Shown: positions 12,825 through 25,295 of the stretch, in pieces
Layout: each line of letters starts with the position of its first letter
Numbering within the stretch: the first letter of the stretch is position 1
Assembly (NCBI GenBank): GCA_964016885.1
Contig: OZ024742.1
Location: 108,500,001-108,564,000 of the forward strand
Source: Eledone cirrhosa
Taxonomy: Eukaryota
DNA length: 64,000 bases
Reading direction: 5' to 3'
Notes under the pieces: generated by a model
Database searches by the model: none
What the model saw: the letters and a program-made list of their open reading frames with translations, nothing else
What the model was told of the DNA's origin: nothing
Made by a program: the position numbers and the translations under genes

Positions 12825-13538
12825 TGGTTTCAATAATCAGTGTTGGATATAGTTAATCGACCAATTATGGTGTAATCAAACGTAAGCACACCAGGTCAAG
12901 AGTATCGTAACATACTACGTATATGGTATAATAAGTAGTATTTATATTAAGAAAAGGGAGACGGTTTCACATATTCAACTACAGTGTATTGCATCACACA
13001 TGCTATGTACATTTCAAAGGTATCAAAATGTCATTATGTAACAATCATGCAATATATTGTCATATATGTACGTGGAAGGTAAACGAAGAAACAATACTGA
13101 GCAAAGATACAGTACAATAAAAATATATATTAGTTTAATGTTTAGCATAGTAGGAAAATAGTCTTAACGTTTCAGATATTACTCCTTCACGAAAAGATAG
13201 AATAAGAGATAAAAGAAGAAATAGAGAGATCCACGCAAATAAACAGAGCAAGAGATGGGAGAATACTTTTTAGAGGAAGCACGCTTAGCTGACTAAACGC
13301 ACACGAGCTTTCCCTAGAAAAAATTATAATTTCCGTTTCTTCCTCTTTTACTCCCGCTCATATTTCGATTTCTAACTTCTGATGAAGGACTAAAATCCGA
13401 AACTTCAATACTCTTTCCCAACTATATTAATTCTTAAGCTAATATACATCCTCATTGCACTCTATCGTTTTGCTACGTTGTTTTTCGGACTTAAACTTCT
13501 ACCTGGATATCTTTTCGGATTGCTCGACTTTCCTCATT

Positions 13539-13582
<44 letters not shown>

Positions 13583-13586
<4 letters not shown>

Positions 13587-13900
13587 AAGAACCTCTCTGT
13601 CACGAAGGAGCATGGGTATTGCACCTAGAAATTTCCCCTCCCTGGCACAAGTCCAGGCAAAGTTGTTTGTGGAAGAGCAGCAGTCGTCATGCCTACCAGT
13701 CTCCCCTCTCCACGCCACCGATGATGTCCATGGGAAAGGCAATGGCCAATACAGCTTGACACCAGTGACGTCGCAACTGATTTCTACAGCTGAGTGAACT
13801 GGAGTAACGTGAAATAACGTGTCTTGCTCAAGAACACAGAACACAGCGCAAAGCCCAGTCCGAGAATCGAACTCATTACCTCACGATTGTCAGTCCGACA
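13583..13900 (-). mobile_element. SINE family B
   Basis: Reverse complement of the gagttcgattctcggactggg...ttgagcaagacacgttatttcacgttactccagttcactcagctgtagaaat core. Confidence 0.75.
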
Positions 13901-13921
13901 CTATATATATATATATATATG

Positions 13922-14072
<151 letters not shown>

Positions 14073-14105
14073 TGAGAAAAACCACAGACCCTCCATCTCA
14101 ACTCA

Positions 14106-14143
14106 CCTTTTGAAAAGCAGAAGAACTGCGAAACCGGTAAAGG
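14106..14143 (+). ncRNA. minimal type I hammerhead motif with U3-A8 core (family H2)
   Basis: cctt-TTGAAAA-gcag-aagaa-ctgc-GAAA-ccggTA-aagg: stem I cctt/aagg, stem II gcag/ctgc, palindromic stem III ACCGGT, cleavage after GTA (14139). Confidence 0.6.
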
Positions 14144-14274
14144 AACCAAATAAATAAATATATTTTTTAAAAAAATAAGACTTCAGTTGCATTTTCGATT
14201 TCATCTCTTTTTCTTTATACTTTCACTCGTGTAGGACACCTCGGTTATTTTTCATTTTGTAAAAAAAACCTCAC

Positions 14275-14315
<41 letters not shown>

Positions 14316-14518
14316 GCTAGAGGGCTAAAGTATGCTAAGATAATTGGAGAGAAATAATGATTCGTGTAGATTTAATTGAATGACTGTGTGTTTATGTGCG
14401 AAGACGCTATTCTATCTGTCCATAGCAATGTAATAACGATGTGAATGAAAAACTATTTAAATTTGAAAATCAAATAAATAAATAAAATACATGTGTATTT
14501 ACAGATACAATCCCCCCA

Positions 14519-14570
<52 letters not shown>

Positions 14571-14761
14571 ATATATATATATATATGCGTGCGGCGTGTG
14601 TGTGTTGGTGCGTTTACATACCTGTTTGATTCTGTCTGTATGCATATATACGACCCTATATGTCTGTACATAGATTTAGAGATAAATAAATCGATATATC
14701 CCAGATATATAAATTTTAAAAAATGCATTGTTACAAATAACGAGACTCACACACATACATG

Positions 14762-14827
<66 letters not shown>

Positions 14828-14984
14828 TATATATATATATATATGCAAACTTTACTAATGAGATACTGCAGGCGATGGACGCTCGTTTTCGGAGATTATC
14901 AAGATTATGAAACCATATAATTAAAGAATGCAACTAAGGACATTTAAAACCAAACGCATAAAAGAAATATTATGTTCTAGCAAT

Positions 14985-15052
<68 letters not shown>

Positions 15053-15069
15053 TGCTAGAACATAATATT

Positions 15070-15124
<55 letters not shown>

Positions 15125-15432
15125 GCCACAGTGGTATGTATGCTTGAAATATTTGATACTGCAATGGAATCCTCCTGGCTCCTAATCTTTGGTCGCTTCG
15201 AATATATCAGACTATAATTAGTTTCGTGTTGTATTTTATATTATTCCTCTCTTTTGTTTAATATATCTAGCGGTTATGAAATAGAAACAAACGAAATAGA
15301 GAAACAAAACTGATAATTGAAGCATTAAATACAATGAATCTTAGCGGAAGACGCTCTGTAATAGATTGCTGTATTATATGGATATTTGTCTTATATATTT
15401 CCTATTTATTTTTTCCATTATTTCTTTATCGT

Positions 15433-15467
15433 TATTATTATTATTATTATTATTATTTATTATTATT

Positions 15468-15529
<62 letters not shown>
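15433..15529. repeat. compound (TTA)n(TTG)n microsatellite
   Basis: Directly visible. Confidence 0.95.
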
Positions 15530-15889
15530 CGAATATTAGAGGATACTTTCGTTGCATGAGGTTATTGAAATTATCTCCTTAATTATTCATATATTCATTG
15601 CTTAATGTGTTATTGAAATTGCCGCTATACATCATCTCGTAACGCATTGGAATTTTTTTTTTTGTTAAGTGTCGTTTTCATTGATGCATTGATATTGAGG
15701 ACACCTGGACGATTCGGTTAGTTGGGACGTTGAATGGCTGCAATATCGATGTATTGTATTGTCGATAGATCCCATCTTATCACCAGCATTTATTTGTCTT
15801 TCAAAAGAAAGGCATTCACTTTTGCCCTGCGCAATAGATCTAAGTACTGTAGGCTTATGTTCGTAAGGATATGTATTATATTTCCAACA

Positions 15890-16125
15890 GTGTGTCCTTC
15901 ATTTTATTTCACGCTGCTTTAGACCACTCATCTGGAAAACTGATTTGTGTCTCTAATTCAAATGTCCAGCCTTGTCAATCATTGTGTCATACTGGATTGT
16001 TGTAGATGTACGTTAAGGGTATACCTGTCTCTGGAATGATCAGTTACTTGCACATTAAATTTATGAGCATGCTCTTCCGCTGATAAATAAGGGGAATGAC
16101 CATCGTCGAAACCGACAGAGGTCCC
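15890..16125 (+). mobile_element. SINE family B (5'-truncated)
   Basis: ttttatttcacgctgc...ccagccttgtc...catcgtcgaaaccgacagagg; related to 32075-32296, 40229-40548 and 42125-42285. Confidence 0.6.
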
Positions 16126-16696
16126 AAAACACACGGACACACACGTGAATAATAGTTACGTAGTCCATCCCTCTGCATTTTAGGATCATCTTTTTAGAGT
16201 TTCAAACCTACTTATAGTTGCTAGAAGCTCTTTTGCTGCCAATGACAAAACACTTTGCCATTTATACAGTTGTGAATGTTACTACATTGAATTTCATTAA
16301 TAACAGCCAGGTCAACCGAGCTCTTCCGAGTTGTATTTTGGAAGCAAATGAAATTATTTTACACACCGATAGACCGAATACTGCTGAAACTTACCTACTA
16401 TAGTTTAGAAATAGGATCACTTGTATTAATGTGTTACACAAATCAATCCCGTTGATCACCCCACCTTTGTCCAATATTTTCTGCCGGTAGGTTGTGATTT
16501 GCGGTGGAATTTACTGATTCTTCTGGTAGATTGTACAATTGATACATCTAGCAGTTTACATTCTGTTGTCATCTAGACAACAATGACTTATTTGCGTGTA
16601 TGCAGGTGTGCGCGTGCATATATTCTTTGACTACCTCTCACACTTTACCAACCACTTCAGTCAGTATGTGAACTCATCTTTCAATCCTTATATTAA

Positions 16697-16846
<150 letters not shown>

Positions 16847-17909
16847 TTATCTATCTCCTTTCTATCTCTCTATTTATCTATCTCCTCTCTCTCTCTCTCT
16901 CCCTCTTCACACACAAACATATATAATGTGAAATGTAGCATCTAACATCGGACCAACCAACCAACCAGCCAGCCAATGCATCGGGTTTTATAGTGTTAGT
17001 AATATGTGGGAAGTTATGAAACAATGGAAATAGCTTTGTAACGGAAACAAGCTTAATATGAATAATTAATGGAATGTTTCAAACCAGGTATAAGATAGTG
17101 TCGTAAATATTACTCATGGCTCAGCCACATCTGCACCTGCTTGTAAGGTTGTTTATGTTAACCTGAATTTGTACATATAATTAAAAAATATTTGAATATA
17201 TGCATTAATTATATAGTGAGATTGGACAGCGAGTATAGTTATCAGTGCTTTTAATGTGTCTTACATTAGAGTTCAAATATGTAATATCTTCGTCTATATC
17301 GAATCAAGAACATTATTGAACTGCACTTAATGAAGATGTAAGAATTCGAATTTTTTCGTTGTGGCTTCGGTTTACACACACACACACACACACACACACA
17401 TGGCTGCCCCCTCGTTATCGATTATGGCCATTGTACGATATAATATTATTAATAATTATCAATTAATGCTATCGTGCAATGCCTGTGCGTCAAGATTTTT
17501 GTTAAAGTGAGGAAAGACTGTGCACTGAGCCAATCCCACTCTCTGGGCGACAGTAGCTATAACCCGAAAAGAAGAAAAGATCAACATCATCGGTAACTAC
17601 TGAGCCGCAGGTTTTATATCGGAGTTATCCCAGTTTCCTGAGTTGCCTTCTAGAAGAATGTCTTGACAAAGGCGAGGGGTCCTTCACTCCCAGTGGTTTA
17701 ACCGCACGAACGGGTATCCAGCCTGATTATTTCTATGACCCCGCACATATATACACACATGTATACATGTATATACATATATATAGGTATATACATATTT
17801 ACACATTTTTAGATGGCCGTTGACTCTTATGAGTTCTTCCGCCTACATACATAGATATATACATACATACATACATACATACATACATACATACATACAT
17901 ACATACATA

Positions 17910-20900
17910 AAATGGCGACCGTTGTGGTCAGTGTCCGATAATCGGACGTGTGTAATTACGGCTTACATGAAGGCAACATACCATATATTGGAAAAAGTTG
18001 AGCTACATTACGCGGTAAGATTACATACAATAATTCTACATAAGTGTTTGAACTCTAAGTGTGTTGTAAAACACCTATTTATATGAACGATACATACACT
18101 TATGATATATGAACGATACATACACTTTAACATATAAATGCAACGTTGTTATATTACATTTATAAAGAAATATTACATTTATATAAAACACAGTTGTAGA
18201 ATTAAAAACTAACTGAAAAGAAATATTACTCAAGCTGTGAATAACTTTAAATTTGATTCTGACAGAATTTTGTCGTAACTTTTAAAGAAGATCATCGACT
18301 ATTTTGAAAAATAAATACGAAATATTAGTGAATAGACGAACTCATCATGGCAAAAAGTACAAGTCTCCTTCGACCAAATCGCAATTACAACCGTTGTACA
18401 CAGTGGACCTACGAGCTTAACAAAGTATTATATGAAGCATACAAACAATCTGAACCCCAAAAGTTCGGTTTTATGCAAAGGCTAAAAACTTTATGGAACT
18501 CCAAACACCCAGAATTAGACTTTTCTCCAAAGCATTTAAATGAACAGGCAAAACGTATCATTAGATGTAAATTGATACATCTAACGGAATCGAGTGATAC
18601 TACAAATACAGCCCTTGTAGATAACCACCCCACCTCCACTGACAGACAAAGAGAATGGCCAGCTAAATCTAACAGTGAACAGCTCACCAACAATTTTGCT
18701 GAAATTCATCCCACTTCCACTGAAGAACAGCGAGAAAGGTTAGCTGACTCTAGTAGTAATTGTCACCACATCAACAACGAGGCTGAAATTCATGACTCTA
18801 CTGAACAAACAGAGCACCAAAAACTTGTGGGCTCCCTACAAGTGATATGGAATGATATGTTTCAAGAGATACACAGCCTTAATGTGAGTGACAGACCATA
18901 CAACACTAGAGTCAGTAAAGAACCCACTAAATTGGAATTGGAAGCGGTGAACGAAATAGCTGGCAATTATCTGAAGGCTATACGATCTAAAGGTGTAGAA
19001 ACGACATTTGAAACGCTTAATGTTTTGTTATATGTTTCAGCTGTCACATTGCTAGCATATAACACACATCTAAAACCACGCAATCGAGATACAAACAGAA
19101 AGCCTGAACCAGCGTGGATGCGAAATTTAAAAACCAAAATTTTGTCCCTGAGACGAAGTATCTCACACATCGCAGTCGTTATGAAATGCAACATAGAGAG
19201 CAACTTCACACAACACCAGGAAGACCTAAAGAAAAAGTTAGAGAGAAGATTTGGAGATACAAAATTTAAAACTTTGAACTCCAAATTACACCAGTTGAAA
19301 CAACAACTCACAGCTACAACAGAAAGACTAAAATATAAGTCAACAGCACATAAACGACAAGTGCTAAATAGATTGTTTGCCAGAGATCCTAAATCAGTTT
19401 ATCGCAGCTTCGGTGGCAAAAGCTCAATCTCTGTAAATGACACCCCTTCAAAAGAACAGGTTGAGAGCTACTGGAGATCTGTATGGGAAACGGATGACGG
19501 ATTCAACAGACAAGCTAATTGGCTAAAAGAACTGGAACAGGACTACTGCCAACATGTCCAGACAAAACAATATGACATAGATGGGTCAATACTGGAAACA
19601 GCTCTACAGAAAATGTCGAATAGGAAATCGCCAGGCCCAGACCTCATTACAGGATACTGGTTGAAGAATTTCACTTTCTATCGGCAAGATCTCATACGGC
19701 TGTTTACAGAAACCATTAAGGGCACACAAGAACTGCCCAGATGGTTATCAACTGCCTCTACTCTCCTCATTCCCAAAAATAGCCAAACCACCCTTGCTAA
19801 AAATTACCGCCCAATTGCCTGCCAAAACATCATGTATAAATTATATACTGGGTGCCTTAACCTGTTCTTACAGGATCACTGTGCTACCAACAACATCATA
19901 ACACCTGAGCAAGCTGGTGGAAAGAGGGAGGTGTGGGGTTGCATAGATCACCTACTAACTAACAAAATGATTCAGGAAAAAACAACAAAGAATCGCAGAA
20001 ACATGACTGTCGTGTGGCTGGACTATCAAAAAGCATTTGATAGTGTACCTCATGGGTGGATTGTTAAGGCTTTACAGTTAGCTAAAGTCCCACAACCATT
20101 GGTAGCTGCTGTTGAACGCCTGACCAAGAACTGGTACACCAGTTTGATCCTTAGAGGTGAGAAGGAGCAGGTTAAGACTGATAAGATACATTACCAGAAG
20201 GGCATCTTTCAGGGTGATAGCTTGTCAGTGCTACTCTTCGTTCTCTCACTGAATCCACTATCTTACCTACTCAGGAAACAAGGTCGACAAAGAAGTGGGA
20301 CCAGAAGTATCTCCCATCTTTTCTTTGTTGATGACCTGAAGTTGTATGGGCCAAATATCAATGACATCAAGAAACAATTGGACCTCATTACACAATTTTC
20401 AACCGACATCAAAATGAAATTTGGTGAGTCCAAGTGTGCATATTTGGCAGTAAAACGTGGAAGAGCTGTGCCCTCCTCTAGAAATCTAGAGATGAACGGC
20501 CTGACAATACAACCTCTGCAGTCAGGTGACAACTACAGATATCTTGGACAGGATGAGAATGTCAGATATGATGGACCCATAAATAAGGAGAGAACCAGAA
20601 CTGAATACCTCAGAAGAGTAAAAAAAATATGGTCATCAGAACTGTCAGCATACAACAAATACATTGCCCACAATACTTATGCTGTGCCAATTCTAACGCC
20701 AACATTTGGCCTACTGAACTGGTCATTGCAAGAACTAAGTGAGATGGATGTTAGAACTCGAAAACTTCTCAGTGTTACTGGGAACTTTAACATCAATGGT
20801 GATGTGGATAGGCTATACTTCTCACGCAAGGAAGGTGGCCGGGGTCTAAAATCAATATTAACAACATATGAGACCCGGATAGTGACACTGAAGCAACACC

Positions 20901-22207
20901 TTCAACAGAGGAAAAAGGTTGGCAACCATCTTGCCCAGGTTTATGACCATGAAAAAAGAAGAAATATCATTAGAATAGCGACTGATCTGGAGGAGAGATA
21001 TGGAATAAAGCCCGATATAAATCTCTCACCCAGAGAAATCGGAAGATCCTATTCAATGTTCAAACAAGAAAAAAAAATTGACCAATTTACAGAAAAAGTT
21101 GTGCATGGATACTTGAGGCGTAAAACACAGACCATAGAGGGGATAAACCACTCAAAAAGCCTGGCATGGAGTTCCGACAAGTTTATGACATCACACCTTG
21201 AGGGATATCTCTATGCAATACAGGAACAAGAACTCCCTACCAAATATCTACTGCACAAAAGAGGAGGGCCAGCAGCTGACAATAAATGTAGGCTATGTAA
21301 AACAAAGATCGAGGATGTAAGCCACATTGTTGCCAGCTGCGAAAGAATGTCATCTCGCTACTACCTCCCCATGAGACACGATGGGATAGCTAGAACCATC
21401 TGGAACGCACTTCGGAAAACAAAATTAACAACAAACGAGGAAGAATATATTGAGACAGATGGCACTAAGGAATACTGGTGGAACCTGAAAATAAAAACTG
21501 CCACCAAATTAAAGCACAACCGGCCTGATATTGTAGTTTGGGACCACACATTGAAAACGTGTTCTGTTGTGGAGATCAGCTGCCCACTTGATGTAAACGT
21601 TGTCAGAAAAATACAGGAGAAGGAGGACATCTACGGACCATTGATGAGGAGTTTACAAATCCAGTATCCAAGATACACCTTTAGCTTCATACCCATCATT
21701 ATTGGTGCTACGGGTTATATACCAACCCGCTTGGACCAAAGTATGACTGAACTTGGATTTGCGGACAAAAAGCGCAGCTCCCTAATTCATAGTCTACAAA
21801 TGGCTGCGATAGCTGGCACCTTCAAAATTTGCAAAACATTCTTGCGATTCAAGGGATGACAATTTCTTTTCTTTTACAACCTTGCCACCAGGAAGGTGGC
21901 CGGTCAAAAAAATATACTCAAAATTAAGAGAAAGAGAAAACATACATACATAGATACATACATCTAATAACTGCATATACACATGTACAGATACAAAGCA
22001 TATGCACATGCACACAAAAAACTCAAAACATACACATCCACACTTACAATAACATCCATACCTGCACATACATCCATGCATGCAGACATGCAGACATATC
22101 TACCCACTTGATATTATTTAAATTCATTCCAATGAGAGAGTCTTGTGTCTATGTTAGAAACCGACTCTCTATTGGTTAAAATTTATAAAATTACAAAACC
22201 AGAATAA
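17910..22207 (+). mobile_element. full-length R4/Dong-clade non-LTR retrotransposon
   Basis: Single long ORF with about 440-bp 5' and 350-bp 3' UTR, bounded on both sides by (CATA)n tracts (17844-17909; 22208 onward). Confidence 0.85.
18347..21859 (+). CDS. reverse transcriptase / restriction-like endonuclease polyprotein (R4/Dong type), 1170 aa, uninterrupted
   Basis: KSPGPD, NYRPIAC, WLDYQKAFDSVPH, GIFQGDSLS, HLFFVDDLKLY, YRYLG, GGRGL; CCHC finger CRLC..(8)..H....C; RHD; RPDIVV...EISCP...K REL motif. Confidence 0.95.
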   Translation: MAKSTSLLRPNRNYNRCTQWTYELNKVLYEAYKQSEPQKFGFMQRLKTLWNSKHPELDFSPKHLNEQAKRIIRCKLIHLTESSDTTNTALVDNHPTSTDRQREWPAKSNSEQLTNNFAEIHPTSTEEQRERLADSSSNCHHINNEAEIHDSTEQTEHQKLVGSLQVIWNDMFQEIHSLNVSDRPYNTRVSKEPTKLELEAVNEIAGNYLKAIRSKGVETTFETLNVLLYVSAVTLLAYNTHLKPRNRDTNRKPEPAWMRNLKTKILSLRRSISHIAVVMKCNIESNFTQHQEDLKKKLERRFGDTKFKTLNSKLHQLKQQLTATTERLKYKSTAHKRQVLNRLFARDPKSVYRSFGGKSSISVNDTPSKEQVESYWRSVWETDDGFNRQANWLKELEQDYCQHVQTKQYDIDGSILETALQKMSNRKSPGPDLITGYWLKNFTFYRQDLIRLFTETIKGTQELPRWLSTASTLLIPKNSQTTLAKNYRPIACQNIMYKLYTGCLNLFLQDHCATNNIITPEQAGGKREVWGCIDHLLTNKMIQEKTTKNRRNMTVVWLDYQKAFDSVPHGWIVKALQLAKVPQPLVAAVERLTKNWYTSLILRGEKEQVKTDKIHYQKGIFQGDSLSVLLFVLSLNPLSYLLRKQGRQRSGTRSISHLFFVDDLKLYGPNINDIKKQLDLITQFSTDIKMKFGESKCAYLAVKRGRAVPSSRNLEMNGLTIQPLQSGDNYRYLGQDENVRYDGPINKERTRTEYLRRVKKIWSSELSAYNKYIAHNTYAVPILTPTFGLLNWSLQELSEMDVRTRKLLSVTGNFNINGDVDRLYFSRKEGGRGLKSILTTYETRIVTLKQHLQQRKKVGNHLAQVYDHEKRRNIIRIATDLEERYGIKPDINLSPREIGRSYSMFKQEKKIDQFTEKVVHGYLRRKTQTIEGINHSKSLAWSSDKFMTSHLEGYLYAIQEQELPTKYLLHKRGGPAADNKCRLCKTKIEDVSHIVASCERMSSRYYLPMRHDGIARTIWNALRKTKLTTNEEEYIETDGTKEYWWNLKIKTATKLKHNRPDIVVWDHTLKTCSVVEISCPLDVNVVRKIQEKEDIYGPLMRSLQIQYPRYTFSFIPIIIGATGYIPTRLDQSMTELGFADKKRSSLIHSLQMAAIAGTFKICKTFLRFKG

Positions 22208-22397
22208 CATACATACATACATTCATATATACATACACATATACATAGACATATATACATATAAGGGTGGGTCAAAGGTGGCGATACATAGGATTTCAGG
22301 GTGTCTGTAAATTAGAAAAGAACACGTTAAAAAATAAATAAATATGGAAACTTAAAAATATAATTATTGTTTCGTTGTATTGCGACTGTTGGTTCAC

Positions 22398-22634
<237 letters not shown>

Positions 22635-23559
22635 AATTTCGTATCTCCAAAGATATACGGTTTTAGGAAGCCGTAGCTATGCAAACATCGGGGGCTAACG
22701 CCCTCTGGTGATATCCAGCAGAAGCAAGGGGGACAACCGTCTATGCATTTCAGGCTTAACTGGCCTTCGCCAGGACGACCCCTCCCACCGCTCGCGATTG
22801 CTGGACTAGAAGACAGCCGAGAATATATAGTTTTCTCCTCTGTGTAAATGAGGTGATTAATCTCATTTGCATATGAAGCTGCATAAGTTGGCGCAAATCT
22901 TTGCATGTTCCAATCTAGCTGACACAACATGTGTTTCTCTACCCTCCATTGTTTTCTTTTACTCTACTAACCAAACCCCTCTTTATTTATCTTCCTATGA
23001 AGGACTAGCAAGTAACCCCGTTTTTCGGTGGTAAGAAGAGAACAATTTCATCAGGAATACCCCCACATTGATTGGATCAAAATAGATCTAGTGCATTACG
23101 GAAACAGAAAAAGAATCAATCAGCAAAGAAAGAAAACAGCCATTATTTAGATATTTGTGGGAACATTATGAACAGTAAAGAGAAAACAAGAACTAACGTC
23201 AGATGAAAGCAAAAATATATATAAAGTCGGGTAGCGATACTGTGGGCATATTGCTTGTGGTTAGAGAATCCAAAACAGGTGTCAATGAAAGAAAATAGGG
23301 GAAGATGAACAACAATGTCACGCAAGTTCACTGGCGTGGTGAGTCGAGAGTAAATAAAATGGAAGATGAGAAAGGTGGCTTGTTGTCACAGTTAAAAATA
23401 TTGAGTCAAAATACCACAGATGTATATTAGAGCTAAGTAATAAACAAAGAAAAGCTCGGGGATACACATATCGCGGGACTTGCTACATGATCTTAGCCTG
23501 GATAGGGTTAGCAGTAAACCATCTTGCGCGGATGTATACTCCTCCTGTACACTCCGCAT

Positions 23560-24005
23560 ATTTTCATGCAGAAACCTCAGGAATAATGCGAACAGTATTT
23601 TCGGGAGTAGACTCCATGGGCAACTGGAAATGCGGCTGAGCGGTCGCTCACACGTGAAACAGTAGCAGACAATCCACCGTGAAATTATCTATTTTCTGAA
23701 ATTAGTCTAGATATCCATACCTTTTGAACCTGATCCATGATCATCTCTTCCCACAAAATCGAATACTTTTGTAAAGTCAATGAATACAACGAAAAGTGGG
23801 ACACGTGTAACAGCAGTTTCCTGAATCTGTCGCAAGGTGAAAATCATACTATTGATGTTCTTTGATGCACATAAACTACATTGGCTTTCAGGAAGTAGTA
23901 GCTGTGATATTATTTGTAATTGCTTGAGTAGTAAATTTACTAGGATTGCGATTGGGAGAATAAAAATTCCTCAATAATATCCACATATCGATCACCCTTC
24001 CGCTT
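23560..24005 (-). pseudogene. decayed RTE-clade RT fragment
   Basis: Minus strand reads LLPESQC...MIFTLRQIQE...PLFVVFIDFTKVFD. Confidence 0.7.
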
Positions 24006-24209
24006 ACAGATATCATTAGTTGAGCAGACAAGGATGGATTGTTGAAGCGTTCACTTCGAAACAAAGTGGTTCTGTGTTAAGTCCTGCTGCGCGACCCTTG
24101 AGAAAATGTCATCTATGATAACCTCAGATTGACCAATGCCTGGAGAGTGGAAATCGATAGACAGAAAAGCAAAAGCGCGAACATTCCAATAGAAAATTCA
24201 GAGGTTCTT

Positions 24210-25010
24210 GTATACGGCCGAGCTGAACAGTCTGAACTCCGTTTCAACATCCTAAAATTGCTCAGGGAGTTTTCTGAATTTGGATGCAATAGTATCCGCA
24301 TCCCTGGTCCTGACCTCCTTATGAGCCAGCACTTACCATTTCATCCTGTAGGTCGAGCTGGCCCTGCTAATTTTGTGGGTTTTATTGGCTTTGAATAGTT
24401 TTAGGCTGCAGGTAACTAGATGACAGCTCAGCCACTCTCTTAACACAAACATCCAGCTGATAATTGAAGAGATTGAAGACAATAACAAAACCAATTATTG
24501 ATCTCTGTCCCCGATATCCTTTATACCATGTGTATTTAAAGATGACTTTGTTCTGGAAGAAGGTATTCATAATAGAAAACCCATTACTCGTACAGAAGGC
24601 TAATAAGGTCTCTTCATTTGTATTCAGAACGGGATTTTCGATACATCCAATCACTCCTTTCTTTGTCAGTTAGCTAGTGCCAACATATGCATTGAAGTCT
24701 CCTATTAGGATAAATGACTCAGTCTTAACTACATCTAACGCTGTAATGGCTTCATCAAGAAAGGATCAGTATTCGGAGTCTGTTAGGCGCATAAAATTGT
24801 ACCGCCCATAGAGACCTTTCTTTGAACCAGACGTCAAGAGGCAAATCCTGTCACAATGGAATCCAGTCCATAACAATTTGACAGACGGGGGACATGTGAG
24901 TATCCTCACCCCTGCTTTGCAGTCGTTTCTGGCACCACACATGGATAGTGGAATTTCCATCCTCCATCCAAATCTGTGTTACCAGAACCACGGAACTTTG
25001 TTGAGGAAAT
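24210..25010 (-). pseudogene. RTE-clade LINE 5' part (AP endonuclease), inverted relative to its 3' part
   Basis: LIGDFNAYVG, GFSIMNTFFQNK..KYTWY, DVCVKRVAELS, YRMKW...DVETEFRLFSSAV; DNA matches 37540-38050. Confidence 0.8.
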
Positions 25011-25295
25011 TCCTACTATATCTAGCTGGTACCATCTGGCTTCATTCACTAGTTACTACTCCTTAGTTGTAAGGGTTGTAACGTCCCAGTTGTCAATAGT
25101 TAAGATTTGCTCCCTTCTGAACTCGCTTTGGAGTCTCGAAATACGGAACTTTGAACGTTTATGTCACACCTCCCAGGACAGGTCACAGACCCATCGTCAG
25201 CTCTCACAGCGTTGGAGAGAGACTGCAATATATTTTTCAAAAATGTACCTATACCTAAATACTGAATGCGTCCCTTGTAAACCCGTGCGAAGGAC

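Noticed and set aside
15665-15898. About 78 stop-free codons on the minus strand (PYEHKPTVLRSIAQG...ENDT*)
   Set aside because: No recognisable motif or clear splice structure; this length is expected by chance in a 64-kb window
18409-21630. Antisense ORFs within the Dong ORF, and plus-strand ORFs across 54977-63837
   Set aside because: Shadow frames of retrotransposon coding sequence
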